Source: a virus. From it: a DNA stretch of 64,000 nucleotides. Below the pieces are notes generated by a model. The model saw only the letters and a list, made by a program, of their open reading frames with translations, searched no databases and was not told the origin of the DNA. The stretch covers positions 1-64,000 of the IMG/VR virus record IMGVR_UViG_3300002092_001594. One strand, given 5' to 3'. Both the position numbers and the translations under genes were made by a program. Positions within the stretch are counted from its first letter, which is position 1. The number at the start of each line of letters is the position of its first letter. Positions 1 to 8,858 of the stretch are shown piece after piece.

Positions 1-392
1 GTATGAATCTCTCCTATCTTCTTAGCTAGTTCTTTAGTAGCAAGACTAATTGCTTGCTCTCTTGTAATGTCTACTGTTGATTTCCATCCCATGGTTATTT
101 GGTTTGGTTTATCGCTCCAAAATTGCTTATCATCTGACTCACCAAATACTCTTGTTTTGTTTTGGTTAAGTATTTGTTTATTATGAAGTTTTACAAAATA
201 TTTAGCCATTTCTTTATTTAACTCCCCTGAACCTACAACATAATATTCTTCTTCATCCCATTTCTCTTTATGTTTAAAAAATATTGGTGTTATAGTGTTT
301 ATTGTCCTACACCAGCAAGATTCTCCTTGATGGCAAGTTTCAACTTTCCATTTAATAGTAAATGATTTTTGTATTGCTTCTTCGTAGGTCAT
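1..392 (-). CDS. Hypothetical protein, runs off the window end; an in-frame internal ATG at 92 suggests two fused small ORFs
   Basis: Manual translation MTYEEAIQKSF...QILNQNKTRVF...ITMGWKSTVDI has no stop before position 1. Confidence 0.6.
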   Translation of the reverse strand, partial: MTYEEAIQKSFTIKWKVETCHQGESCWCRTINTITPIFFKHKEKWDEEEYYVVGSGELNKEMAKYFVKLHNKQILNQNKTRVFGESDDKQFWSDKPNQITMGWKSTVDITREQAISLATKELAKKIGEIH

Positions 393-395
393 ATT

Positions 396-629
396 CTAAT
401 TGTTTTGGTTAAGTATTTGTTCTTTCATCCATTTAGCACCTGACTTGAAAGAAGCATAAGGATTTTCTGTATGGTCAGAAACTTTATAATAGGCTTCTTG
501 TTCTATCTCCTCATCACTTGGTAGTTCTATTGGTGTTAATGTTTCTAATACTTGTTGCACTAATGGTCTTATTGGTGCTTTATATAAAAACATTGCTTCC
601 TTTACTTGTTCTTCTGTATATAGTTTCAT
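396..629 (-). CDS. Small hypothetical phage protein
   Basis: 77 aa ORF downstream of the class I promoter at 647-680. Confidence 0.7.
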   Translation of the reverse strand: MKLYTEEQVKEAMFLYKAPIRPLVQQVLETLTPIELPSDEEIEQEAYYKVSDHTENPYASFKSGAKWMKEQILNQNN

Positions 630-646
630 AGGTTTATTTTTATATC

Positions 647-680
647 CTAAAGATAGCTAGTACATTTCATACTAGCAACT
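647..680 (-). promoter_or_regulatory. Class I (host-sigma-type) promoter AGTTG-N20-TATCTTTAG
   Basis: Recurring motif with an exact 20-nt spacer; resembles Bacteroidota -33 TTTG / -7 TAnnTTTG. Confidence 0.75.
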
Positions 681-685
681 TTTAT

Positions 686-865
686 TTAAGCGTAAAATCC
701 ATCCTTTTCGTCTGCTTCCATTATGTCTACTATGTGCTTCTTCTGTTCTTCCTTACTTGGGAATTCGTATACGGCATAAGCACCTCTATCTGTCTGTCCG
801 ATCCTTGTAGGACTAGGAAATTCCCCTAGCAGCTTTAGAGTATCTTGTATATAAACTAGTATCAT
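686..865 (-). CDS. Small hypothetical protein (59 aa)
   Basis: Manual translation MILVYIQDTL...MEADEKDGFYA; fills the gap between neighbours. Confidence 0.55.
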   Translation of the reverse strand: MILVYIQDTLKLLGEFPSPTRIGQTDRGAYAVYEFPSKEEQKKHIVDIMEADEKDGFYA

Positions 866-1065
866 AAAAGCTTTATTTCTTGTTTAACTTTCATATAATA
901 GACATAAGTTGAAGGTGATTCATGTTCAGTAATTTGTAATATCTCATCTACTGCTTTTAATGCGCATAGCTTTGCAAATTCTATCATCGACACTCCTCTT
1001 GTAAAGTCTCTACCTAATTGCTCGTAGTATCTGTATAGTTCTAATGCTTTCTCTTTCGGTTCCAT
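862..1065 (-). CDS. Hypothetical phage protein
   Basis: ORF track 862..1092; likely start MEPKEKALEL at 1065. Confidence 0.65.
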   Translation of the reverse strand: MEPKEKALELYRYYEQLGRDFTRGVSMIEFAKLCALKAVDEILQITEHESPSTYVYYMKVKQEIKLL

Positions 1066-1069
1066 ATGC

Positions 1070-1756
1070 CTATAATTTAAATATATTACCAAAGGAAGTT
1101 AATCCGTAGGCAAACTTTCCATCTTCTACACATGATGCGTTAGAGAATTTTGTGTTTGGTAATTTATGGTAGGTACTAACTCCTTGATTCTCGATATCTT
1201 TGCAGTTATGTATGTGTCCAAATAGCATTAGCTTTGGCTTCACTCTCATTACAGCTGTTGCAAGAGCTTTATCGCCACACATCTCTAAATCGTTATCTCT
1301 ATTATAGGATAGGTCGCGTACACCTTTAGGAGGTCCATGTACAATTAATATATCTGTATCATCTGGAATGGTATCCCATACAAAATGTGTCTTGTCTCTA
1401 GCCTTCATAAAAGACCAATCACCATACGTAGGTGTAATAGGTGAGCCCCATATCTTTAGTCCTTCTATTTCAATAGATTCATTCTCCAGGTATATAATAT
1501 CTTTCAATAGCATATCAGAATGCTCTATTTGTTTTCTAGCTATAGCCGTATCATGATTACCTGCTACAAATATTTTATACTTGACAGGAACCTTTCCATA
1601 CCAATCTAGAAACTCTGATATCTCTCTCTTAGAAGACTCTAGGAATGGACTATTAGAGCAATCACCGCTATGTATCACCATGTCTATTCCTTCAAATCTC
1701 TCTTTGGGAAACCGATCGTGCATGCAATGGGTATCACTTATGTGTAAAATTCTCAT
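1070..1756 (-). CDS. Calcineurin-like metallophosphoesterase
   Basis: Motifs SDTH, HSGD, GNHD, HGPP, GHIH. Confidence 0.92.
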   Translation of the reverse strand: MRILHISDTHCMHDRFPKERFEGIDMVIHSGDCSNSPFLESSKREISEFLDWYGKVPVKYKIFVAGNHDTAIARKQIEHSDMLLKDIIYLENESIEIEGLKIWGSPITPTYGDWSFMKARDKTHFVWDTIPDDTDILIVHGPPKGVRDLSYNRDNDLEMCGDKALATAVMRVKPKLMLFGHIHNCKDIENQGVSTYHKLPNTKFSNASCVEDGKFAYGLTSFGNIFKL

Positions 1757-1757
1757 A

Positions 1758-2000
1758 TTAACTTATTAATTCGTCTAAATCGATTGAATTATCAGACATT
1801 ATCTCATGTAACTTATCTCTAGTCTGTTTTAGAGACTTATATACTTCCTCGGGCATTGAATCAGGAGCATATTTAGTTTGACTTCTTAAATATTGGTCCA
1901 TCTCCCATAGCGTGATAGCTAGCTTAGTTGACTTAACGGCTCTTAAATAAGCTTGCATATCAGCTGAATCGTCTAGATTAAATTCTATTATACCTTTCAT
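1758..2000 (-). CDS. Hypothetical phage protein
   Basis: 80 aa ORF directly after a class I promoter. Confidence 0.7.
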   Translation of the reverse strand: MKGIIEFNLDDSADMQAYLRAVKSTKLAITLWEMDQYLRSQTKYAPDSMPEEVYKSLKQTRDKLHEIMSDNSIDLDELIS

Positions 2001-2004
2001 ATAT

Positions 2005-2038
2005 CTAAATATAGGTAAATTATTTCAATCTAACAACT
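2005..2038 (-). promoter_or_regulatory. Class I promoter AGTTG-N20-TATATTTAG
   Basis: Motif match. Confidence 0.75.
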
Positions 2039-2709
2039 TATCTCAGGTCAAATAATATGATTTCTGTCTCGCTTGTAGTTGCGATCTTGAGTAAAGACTC
2101 CTCTGTAAAGCTTAATCCATCTCCTTCTACTAAAGGTATATCGTTTACAGTAGATGTTCCTGATACAACGTAGAGGTAGTAGCTTCGATTGCTATCTAGA
2201 TTAAATATAAAGTCGTGTGTAAAGATTCCTGCTAGGAGTCTAGCATCTTGTTTGATAGGAAGCTTCTCTGTAATATCACAGAAGGTATTTAGTTTATCCT
2301 CGCGTGTGAATTGATGCCATTCGTAAATAGGCTCAGTATCTAATACGTTCGGTCTTATCCAAAGTTGTAAATATCTATTAGGACTATCGGATGCATTACC
2401 TTCTGTATGCCTTATTCCTCTCCCGGCACTCATTCTTTGAACAGCACCTGCTGGAATGTCTATTACATTACCATGGCTATCTGTATGCCTGCATTTACCT
2501 TCTACTACATAGCCAAATATTTCCATATTCTTATGCTCGTGAATAGGTACATGACCTCTTGGCTGTACCCTATCATCGTTAATCGTTTGAAGATCACTGA
2601 AGTGTATATAGCGAGCATCGTAATATGATGGGAAGCTAAATGTACGGTAGGAGTTTATCCAATAGGCTCTAGGGTTGCCTCTAGTGTGAGCCGGTCTATG
2701 AATTATCAT
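2038..2709 (-). CDS. Pirin family bicupin (YhhW-like)
   Basis: INDDRV, HEHKNMEI, HTDSHGN, MSAGRGIRHTE, LQLWI. Confidence 0.92.
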   Translation of the reverse strand: MIIHRPAHTRGNPRAYWINSYRTFSFPSYYDARYIHFSDLQTINDDRVQPRGHVPIHEHKNMEIFGYVVEGKCRHTDSHGNVIDIPAGAVQRMSAGRGIRHTEGNASDSPNRYLQLWIRPNVLDTEPIYEWHQFTREDKLNTFCDITEKLPIKQDARLLAGIFTHDFIFNLDSNRSYYLYVVSGTSTVNDIPLVEGDGLSFTEESLLKIATTSETEIILFDLR

Positions 2710-2721
2710 AACAGTTTTATA

Positions 2722-3276
2722 TTAACACCAATCGGAAGGATCTTGAGTAACTGGGCTGTATACTGAGAATGTAAACGGTAGGTAGAAGGTTCCGTTTAAG
2801 GCTGTAAGGGTGAAAGGATCTGTGTTTGGAGTATCCCAACCCGGTATAGTTGTATCTACAGTTCCTATGTACAAGTAAACAGATTCATTACTAAAATAAT
2901 AGAAAGATAGAACAGCAATTCCTGAAGCTACTGTACTTCCTGGTCCGTAATTTACATTAAATAAGTAGGAGTAGTTATTGTAATTTAATCCGTTAGCATT
3001 ATAATAAGCTTGTATTTCATCTGCCTTTGCTATATTACCGCCTTGACTAATAGCAAAATTAGGCATATAGAAAGCCTGTCCTGATTTATAAGGACCACTA
3101 ATACCGAAAGCTGTATTATCTCCCTCACAGCCGTAGCCAGTGTTAAAGTTAGTAAAGTCGCTAGAGGATATTGTAAAGCCTGGTCTTGACATAACAAGGT
3201 TACCTGAGTTACTATTGTTTACTAATTTTAAGTTACCACCTGGAGTGGTACCTGTGTTAATAAATTGTCCTGGCAT
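2722..3276 (-). CDS. Hypothetical G/N/S/T-rich protein, possibly virion-associated
   Basis: Beta-rich composition; class II motif upstream at 3295-3302. Confidence 0.55.
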   Translation of the reverse strand: MPGQFINTGTTPGGNLKLVNNSNSGNLVMSRPGFTISSSDFTNFNTGYGCEGDNTAFGISGPYKSGQAFYMPNFAISQGGNIAKADEIQAYYNANGLNYNNYSYLFNVNYGPGSTVASGIAVLSFYYFSNESVYLYIGTVDTTIPGWDTPNTDPFTLTALNGTFYLPFTFSVYSPVTQDPSDWC

Positions 3277-3305
3277 ATTATTTGGGTTGTACTAATAAAT
3301 AGTTA

Positions 3306-3650
3306 CTAACCCAACTTCAGGTCACTTGGAATTTGAGGACATTTACTATATTCCCACCATTCTGATCCATCATACTCGCCTCTTTCAAGCCAGGTATGAT
3401 CTTCCATTAACCATACCGTTCCGTATAACTCCTGCCCTCCATAGCCGGCATCGTATTCAAAGTTTAACTTCTCTAAGAACTCTTCATACTCCGCAGGAGT
3501 ATATCCTTCTTTTAATAGAATAGGTGCTGGTTGTATATAGCTATCATTATCGTCCCAATAGCTACCCCCTTCATATTTAATGTACGCGCATTTAACTACG
3601 CTTTTAGTTCTTTCGAGTATATGTAATAACTCTTCTTGTGCATTTTGCAT
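3306..3650 (-). CDS. Conserved-looking phage hypothetical protein
   Basis: YDAGYGGQELYGTVW...ERGEYDGSEWW motif. Confidence 0.7.
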   Translation of the reverse strand: MQNAQEELLHILERTKSVVKCAYIKYEGGSYWDDNDSYIQPAPILLKEGYTPAEYEEFLEKLNFEYDAGYGGQELYGTVWLMEDHTWLERGEYDGSEWWEYSKCPQIPSDLKLG

Positions 3651-3651
3651 A

Positions 3652-3876
3652 TTATTTAATTTCTAGTTTAGATCTTGTGTATTTAAGTTTATTGGGTTTA
3701 GTTAACTCGTAGACAGTTAAACTATTAATAAACTTATCTGTATCAAAATCATGATCCATTTTATCAATCCATTCATTTTCTAAATGAACATGTATATCAT
3801 CTAATGTACCACAGCATATAAGACTATCATCATCTGCCTCATCTATTACTAAATACTTTTTAATTTGCTTTGCCAT
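3652..3876 (-). CDS. Hypothetical protein
   Basis: Likely start MAKQIKK at 3876. Confidence 0.6.
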   Translation of the reverse strand: MAKQIKKYLVIDEADDDSLICCGTLDDIHVHLENEWIDKMDHDFDTDKFINSLTVYELTKPNKLKYTRSKLEIK

Positions 3877-4039
3877 ATAATTCTTTATTAGGTGTATTAT
3901 CTGTTTTGTGATCTCTCTCAAGGTGTAGAACCAGGAAGGTTAATACTGTCGAGAGTATAAAAGCGATAACTAGTATCCCGATTACAAGATGTCTATTAAC
4001 TGTCTCTTCTGTAGTTTCAAAAGGATTATGCTTACTCAT
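3860..4039 (-). CDS. Small single-TM membrane protein
   Basis: Hydrophobic LVIGILVIAFILSTVLTFLVL. Confidence 0.6.
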   Translation of the reverse strand: MSKHNPFETTEETVNRHLVIGILVIAFILSTVLTFLVLHLERDHKTDNTPNKELYGKAN

Positions 4040-4322
4040 GTTTCTTTTTTTCAAATGTAATTGTCATATCTGCTTGCCTAGCAAATACTTCACCAGCTTC
4101 TGATATCTTACCCTTTCTTTTAAATTTAATCTTATTTAATAACATCATAGGTACTGCTAACCACGCAATCAACATAGCTGGAAATAGCTTTGCAATAAAT
4201 TCGAGTAATGTAAAGTACTCGCCATGGTCATCACTAGCAAATTTGCTTGAGGGATTCCTTACAAGCCACATAGCCCCATAAATGGTTGTCGCGATCCAAT
4301 AGATGATAAAGATTGTCTCCAT
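4032..4322 (-). CDS. Two-TM membrane protein
   Basis: Two hydrophobic segments. Confidence 0.65.
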   Translation of the reverse strand: METIFIIYWIATTIYGAMWLVRNPSSKFASDDHGEYFTLLEFIAKLFPAMLIAWLAVPMMLLNKIKFKRKGKISEAGEVFARQADMTITFEKKKHE

Positions 4323-4327
4323 AACTT

Positions 4328-4678
4328 TTATTTATTAAATGATTCTCGTAATTGAGATAATTGCTTAAAGTAGTGATACATGCTTTCTACATCGAAGTAA
4401 CATACCTTTTCTATATCCTTTTCAAACTTACCGTACTTAACTATAAAGTAGAATCTATCGTAGAGATTACTACCACATGGTTCATACTTGGGTATGTAAC
4501 CTCTTTTAAATCTAGTCCTTGCTATTCCAAAAAGATCTTCCTCTAGTATACCGATGATAGCTACTGCTTTACTATAATAATGATTGGCAGCATCTAAGCT
4601 ATCAGGAAGCCACTGAGTAATCATCTGAAAATTACCAAACGCTTGATTTAATAACTTAACTACTTCTTTCTTTGTCAT
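4328..4678 (-). CDS. Hypothetical protein
   Basis: 116 aa ORF in tight gene packing. Confidence 0.65.
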   Translation of the reverse strand: MTKKEVVKLLNQAFGNFQMITQWLPDSLDAANHYYSKAVAIIGILEEDLFGIARTRFKRGYIPKYEPCGSNLYDRFYFIVKYGKFEKDIEKVCYFDVESMYHYFKQLSQLRESFNK

Positions 4679-4683
4679 AACTT

Positions 4684-4860
4684 CTATTTTTTCGGGTCTG
4701 TTAAAAATATTTTTAATGTCCTACCTTCATCTTGTATAGATGCTTCTACCTTTACTCCATACTCTACTACATACCTACCTCTCTTCTTGGAGGAATGGTC
4801 TATTACTTCGAACCTAGTAACACCTTTTAGTATCATCTCTAATAAATCTTGATCTTTCAT
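4684..4860 (-). CDS. Small hypothetical protein (58 aa)
   Basis: Manual translation MKDQDLLEM..VTRFEVIDH..IQDEGRTLKIFL; follows a class I promoter. Confidence 0.65.
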   Translation of the reverse strand: MKDQDLLEMILKGVTRFEVIDHSSKKRGRYVVEYGVKVEASIQDEGRTLKIFLTDPKK

Positions 4861-4876
4861 AACTTTTATTATTTAA

Positions 4877-4910
4877 CTAAAGATAGATAGAATTAATCTA
4901 TCTACCAACT
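4877..4910 (-). promoter_or_regulatory. Class I promoter
   Basis: AGTTG-N20-TATCTTTAG. Confidence 0.75.
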
Positions 4911-5099
4911 TTATATATTGTTATTTTTGAGGATCAGGTATCGGGCTACTTATCCTAAATTAAATGGATCGATATCATCCTTATTGTCCTTTAAAAACTT
5001 GAGAGCCAAGACAGTCAAGATAATAATCCCCAGGGTAAGGAAGTATTTGTTACAGATTATTTCCATAAAATATATATATATGAGTGATCGCGACGCCCC

Positions 5100-5330
5100 C
5101 TAATGCTTGTGCGGCGCCCCTATTGCCTCATGCTCCACTATAGGATCTTTCTTCTTAGTTATCTCCATCTTACCTTTCTTATCGTACTCAGCCACCATAC
5201 TCTTAAAGGCATCGTCTATTAGATGAATACCATGTCCGTATAGAGTATCTATAAACCCTCTATAGTCAATATATGCAATAGAGTAATTACCGTCTTCGTC
5301 TATTAATCTAATTTCAATTTTACTTAACAT
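5100..5330 (-). CDS. Hypothetical protein
   Basis: 76 aa ORF after a class I promoter. Confidence 0.6.
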   Translation of the reverse strand: MLSKIEIRLIDEDGNYSIAYIDYRGFIDTLYGHGIHLIDDAFKSMVAEYDKKGKMEITKKKDPIVEHEAIGAPHKH

Positions 5331-5349
5331 AGTTTATTATTTTTATATC

Positions 5350-5383
5350 CTAAAGATAAATACTCTATTTCAATCTACCAACT
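5350..5383 (-). promoter_or_regulatory. Class I promoter
   Basis: AGTTG-N20-TATCTTTAG. Confidence 0.75.
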
Positions 5384-5721
5384 TATTTCCAAAGTACTTG
5401 TATTGCTATAATAGTAACCCCTAACGCAAGACAAACAAGTGTCTTTAATGTAAAAGGCTCTTTAAATAAGAAATGACTTAAAGCTGTAAAGACAGTAATG
5501 CCTAATCCAAAACCTATAAGCCTACTAGGCCATATCTCTCCATCAAAAGCTACTACAAACCTCTCTACCGATTTCATATAAAAGTATCCTACAGGAAGGC
5601 TCATTAAGAGGATAGGCCAAAAATACCTTTGGTTCCAATTATACTTAATAGCTCCTTGAAATTGCATAAAGGATCCTATCTGTCCAAGTAACCCCCACAG
5701 TATGCCATAGAATAGATTCAT
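5383..5721 (-). CDS. Four-TM small membrane protein, DMT/SMR superfamily-like
   Basis: Four hydrophobic helices; LFKEPFTLKTL loop before TM4. Confidence 0.6.
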   Translation of the reverse strand: MNLFYGILWGLLGQIGSFMQFQGAIKYNWNQRYFWPILLMSLPVGYFYMKSVERFVVAFDGEIWPSRLIGFGLGITVFTALSHFLFKEPFTLKTLVCLALGVTIIAIQVLWK

Positions 5722-5924
5722 TATATGCTCGATTTTCTTTTATCGTAATCCTCTTTTGTTTCTATACTAGTAATTAAAGTATAATTAACAGGATATACTG
5801 CTATAACTTCTCTATCAGAATCTAAGAACTGTAACTGTCCGTCTGATACTCTCGTATAATCTGCCCATACTCCTCTCTCTATATTAAGTGAAGGAGTTAT
5901 AACTGTTATTCTATATAATTTCAT
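5721..5924 (-). CDS. Hypothetical protein
   Basis: 67 aa; overlapping stop/start. Confidence 0.6.
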   Translation of the reverse strand: MKLYRITVITPSLNIERGVWADYTRVSDGQLQFLDSDREVIAVYPVNYTLITSIETKEDYDKRKSSI

Positions 5925-6139
5925 TTCTTTTTAGTTTTTGGTTTATAATATCTTTTCTTAGGTTTAGGTTTCTCCTCATTAAGAAACTTATTTTCCTTTT
6001 CTACTACTAATGAATTTGTATTCTTCCAAGCATACTCTTCGTAGGGCTCTTTAAAGTCTTCATCTAATCCATCATACTCCTGCAATGCTTTAATAACTTT
6101 ATCAAGCTTTGCTTCTATTCTATCTAACTGCTCTTTCAT
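5921..6139 (-). CDS. Hypothetical protein with basic C-terminus
   Basis: 72 aa; coupled to the next gene. Confidence 0.6.
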   Translation of the reverse strand: MKEQLDRIEAKLDKVIKALQEYDGLDEDFKEPYEEYAWKNTNSLVVEKENKFLNEEKPKPKKRYYKPKTKKK

Positions 6140-6144
6140 AATCT

Positions 6145-6175
6145 AAATAAAAGATCCGGTTCTAGGCCGGATCTT
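6145..6175 (-). terminator. Rho-independent terminator
   Basis: AAGATCCGG/CCGGATCTT stem followed by a U-rich tract on the minus strand. Confidence 0.65.
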
Positions 6176-6182
6176 ATTTTGT

Positions 6183-6350
6183 TTACTTTACCATCGCTTG
6201 GTAATGATATGTAGCACTTCCTTGTGCTGATACCTGAATACCGCCCGCTGTTGTCCATCCTCTAGATAGCAAAGCGTTTACTTCGCTAATTAAAGTTGCC
6301 ATGTCTGTGAAGACTACCACTGCATACTGAGTGAATTGTTGATCTGCCAT
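6183..6350 (-). CDS. Small protein, DUF1737-like
   Basis: Manual translation ...LISEVNALLSRGWTTAGGI...YQAMVK. Confidence 0.6.
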   Translation of the reverse strand: MADQQFTQYAVVVFTDMATLISEVNALLSRGWTTAGGIQVSAQGSATYHYQAMVK

Positions 6351-6351
6351 G

Positions 6352-6771
6352 TTATTGTTTTTTAGTTAACATTATAAAATATACTTTATCGTGAGTACTC
6401 TTTAGAGTACCTTCTTTCTTTAATCTAGCTACTTCTTCCCAATATTCAGGAGTTTTAGGGTAATGTTTTTCAAGTAGAGAGCTGAAGTAATAAGACTCTT
6501 CTTGTGACCAATTTCTACATTCTGTTATTCCGTTATAAGAAGTTAAGGAGTAAAACTTCTTAGGGTGAGTTCTCTTAAACCAAGCCTCTGCTACTATAGC
6601 CCTCTCTTTAGGCACCCACATAGACCATAATACCCTAACCTCATAATCCCTTCCTAATGGAATATTTCTCCAAGCAAGCTTCTTATGCTTCTCTGGATCA
6701 TATCTCTCTAGAACGTCTTCTGAGTTCGTCTTACCGAACTTATACATACGATATGGATTAATCTTAAACAT
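6352..6771 (-). CDS. Hypothetical protein, possibly T5orf172/GIY-YIG-related
   Basis: YKFGKT...ER...GITE pattern; weak. Confidence 0.4.
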   Translation of the reverse strand: MFKINPYRMYKFGKTNSEDVLERYDPEKHKKLAWRNIPLGRDYEVRVLWSMWVPKERAIVAEAWFKRTHPKKFYSLTSYNGITECRNWSQEESYYFSSLLEKHYPKTPEYWEEVARLKKEGTLKSTHDKVYFIMLTKKQ

Positions 6772-6773
6772 AT

Positions 6774-6807
6774 CTAAATATAAGGACCTTCTCTCAATCT
6801 ACCAACT
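6774..6807 (-). promoter_or_regulatory. Class I promoter
   Basis: AGTTG-N20-TATATTTAG. Confidence 0.75.
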
Positions 6808-6810
6808 CTT

Positions 6811-6843
6811 TAAAAAAGAAAAAACCTACTTTCGTAGGCTCTT
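6811..6843 (-). terminator. Rho-independent terminator
   Basis: GCCTAC-GAAA-GTAGGT followed by a U tract. Confidence 0.7.
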
Positions 6844-6862
6844 CTCTATCTGGGGGCGTGTT

Positions 6863-7534
6863 TTAATGTGCAAGTAAGGTATAAGCTAATCCTCCGATAA
6901 TGATATAGGATCCTATCTTCTGGAATTTACTTCTTACTTGTAATTTTTTATAGTTTAAATTTAAGATATCATACTGCTTACTCCACTCAGCAATTGCTTG
7001 ATCTTTATTTCCTATGATAGATTTGTATCTCCCTTCCTTATTTACAAATAATGTAATAGTACTATCTTTTAAAGTTATACGAGATTCCTGTATCGAAATA
7101 ATACTATCCTTAATGATAATCTCTTTCTTTGCTCCATCGAAAGAAGCTAAGTCTTTTGCTGTAGAAACTAAGACTGGCTTAGCAAGAGGAATAAGATTAG
7201 ATACTGTATCTGCTGGGTAGCGTTGATTAAAGAAAGTCGTTACTTGACTACTGTTATAAGTATCAATCTCTTTATGTTTTGCAGCTACTTGCTCTTTAAC
7301 TACAACTATCTTTGTTTTCTGATGCTCTAACTCATAATGTAGGACACTATCTTGAGCTTTCAACTCTTCTACTTTTTTATCATCTAAGATGTTTAAAGCT
7401 GTAAGAGAGTCATTTACTTTATCAAGGCTATCTAACTTTCCTTTAAAGCTAGCAGTTCCTTTAATGTCTCCTAGTGTAAATAAACCGTAGCATATAAAGG
7501 CAAGGATTAGTACAATTCCGATTTTGTTTATCAT
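6863..7534 (-). CDS. Coiled-coil protein with N- and C-terminal TM segments (spanin-like candidate)
   Basis: Two terminal hydrophobic segments, coiled coil between them, multiple DS/DT sequons. Confidence 0.5.
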   Translation of the reverse strand: MINKIGIVLILAFICYGLFTLGDIKGTASFKGKLDSLDKVNDSLTALNILDDKKVEELKAQDSVLHYELEHQKTKIVVVKEQVAAKHKEIDTYNSSQVTTFFNQRYPADTVSNLIPLAKPVLVSTAKDLASFDGAKKEIIIKDSIISIQESRITLKDSTITLFVNKEGRYKSIIGNKDQAIAEWSKQYDILNLNYKKLQVRSKFQKIGSYIIIGGLAYTLLAH

Positions 7535-7538
7535 ATAT

Positions 7539-7817
7539 CTATTTTAATGGTGTGATTTGATCCATTGCATTCATTTGATAACCTATTCCGTTATCCCTTT
7601 TAACGTCTTTGCTTTCAAGGTACCCCGTATTATCTGCATCCCAATGATTTAGATATGTTACATGATCTCCTATCTCGTCATTCTCTTCTACATCCGACTT
7701 GAAGCCTATATACCAGTCAGCATCAGAAGGGTGCATATTAGAACTCTTTACATTCCAATCCTGCACCTCTCTTGCTAATTTCTCTATTATCTTTCTAACT
7801 ACTTGAGTATCTCTCAT
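7539..7817 (-). CDS. Hypothetical protein
   Basis: 92 aa; class II motif at 7824-7831. Confidence 0.65.
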   Translation of the reverse strand: MRDTQVVRKIIEKLAREVQDWNVKSSNMHPSDADWYIGFKSDVEENDEIGDHVTYLNHWDADNTGYLESKDVKRDNGIGYQMNAMDQITPLK

Positions 7818-7837
7818 ATAGTTATAAATAGTTGAAT

Positions 7838-8155
7838 CTAATCTTCTACTAACTCTTTCCTATTGATACTACTTACTGTAGGTGTAGCAGGATTAACAGC
7901 ATACTTAACCATTCCATCTATCACTCTACGTAAGTAGCCGCCTGAGATAGTCTTATCTGTTACTTCGTTATAGATTTCTTTTTTTGATTCTGGATACTTT
8001 TTAGTATAGGCTTCGTAGTCTAAGACCTTTTCGATCTTACCTATTAAAAAAGAATCGCCTGTTTTAGGATTAGAGTCTCTTGTTGTATCGTACCAAGTAT
8101 CATCTACTAGTACGTAAGCTCTGTTTGAATTTAAGAACAATACTTCGTGTTTCAT
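7838..8155 (-). CDS. Hypothetical protein
   Basis: 105 aa ORF. Confidence 0.65.
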   Translation of the reverse strand: MKHEVLFLNSNRAYVLVDDTWYDTTRDSNPKTGDSFLIGKIEKVLDYEAYTKKYPESKKEIYNEVTDKTISGGYLRRVIDGMVKYAVNPATPTVSSINRKELVED

Positions 8156-8202
8156 AACTGTTTATTATTTGTTTATACCTGAAGATAAGAATTTTATTTC
8201 AA

Positions 8203-8793
8203 TTATATACCCGCTTCTTCAAATATTTTAAAATATTTTTCTTCTAGTACTTCGTAGTTCATTCTAAAGCTAGCAGGCATCTTCTTCCATACCTTAGGAT
8301 TTCTAGCAGGAGAGTTATCTGGATGCATCCAGCGTCTTGTATGGTATAGATAGTTATAGTACTGAACGTAAGCGTTTGCTTTTTTAGTGTAGATCTTCGT
8401 ATCAATAGGAAGATTCCATTGCTTAATTAGCTTAACAGATCTCTTCTCATTATCTAATTCCATATCTCTAGTTACAGCTAAAGCTCTTTTTATATTTGGC
8501 ATCTCTTTACCATTTAACCACTCATCCACACTATCTATCTTGTAGGTATCTTTCCATTCCTTACATTGATCTATCCATTGAGTAAGATGTCCATACTCAT
8601 GTACTAAGGTCATTAACCAATTCTGATCTTTCCTAGCCACAAATAATTCTTTGAGATCGTCTGGCTCGCAATAGCCAACACATCTAATACTGTCAGGAGT
8701 ACTTACAGTCTTTGTAGGCTTAAGTCTAAACTTAACTCCGTGTGCTCGGCACTCAGACTTAACATGCTTAACAAATTCTTGAACATTACTCAT
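8203..8793 (-). CDS. Putative zinc metallopeptidase (HExxH)
   Basis: LVHEYGH plus downstream ELDNE. Confidence 0.65.
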   Translation of the reverse strand: MSNVQEFVKHVKSECRAHGVKFRLKPTKTVSTPDSIRCVGYCEPDDLKELFVARKDQNWLMTLVHEYGHLTQWIDQCKEWKDTYKIDSVDEWLNGKEMPNIKRALAVTRDMELDNEKRSVKLIKQWNLPIDTKIYTKKANAYVQYYNYLYHTRRWMHPDNSPARNPKVWKKMPASFRMNYEVLEEKYFKIFEEAGI

Positions 8794-8798
8794 AACTC

Positions 8799-8832
8799 TA
8801 AAATATAAGAAGAAAAATTCAAGTTACCAAAT
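8799..8832 (-). promoter_or_regulatory. Class I promoter variant ATTTG-N20-TATATTTTA
   Basis: Motif match. Confidence 0.6.
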
Positions 8833-8856
8833 AAGAAAGCCCCTTTCGGGGCTCTT
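8833..8856 (-). terminator. Rho-independent terminator
   Basis: AGCCCC-GAAA-GGGGCT then TTCTT. Confidence 0.7.
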
Positions 8857-8858
8857 AT

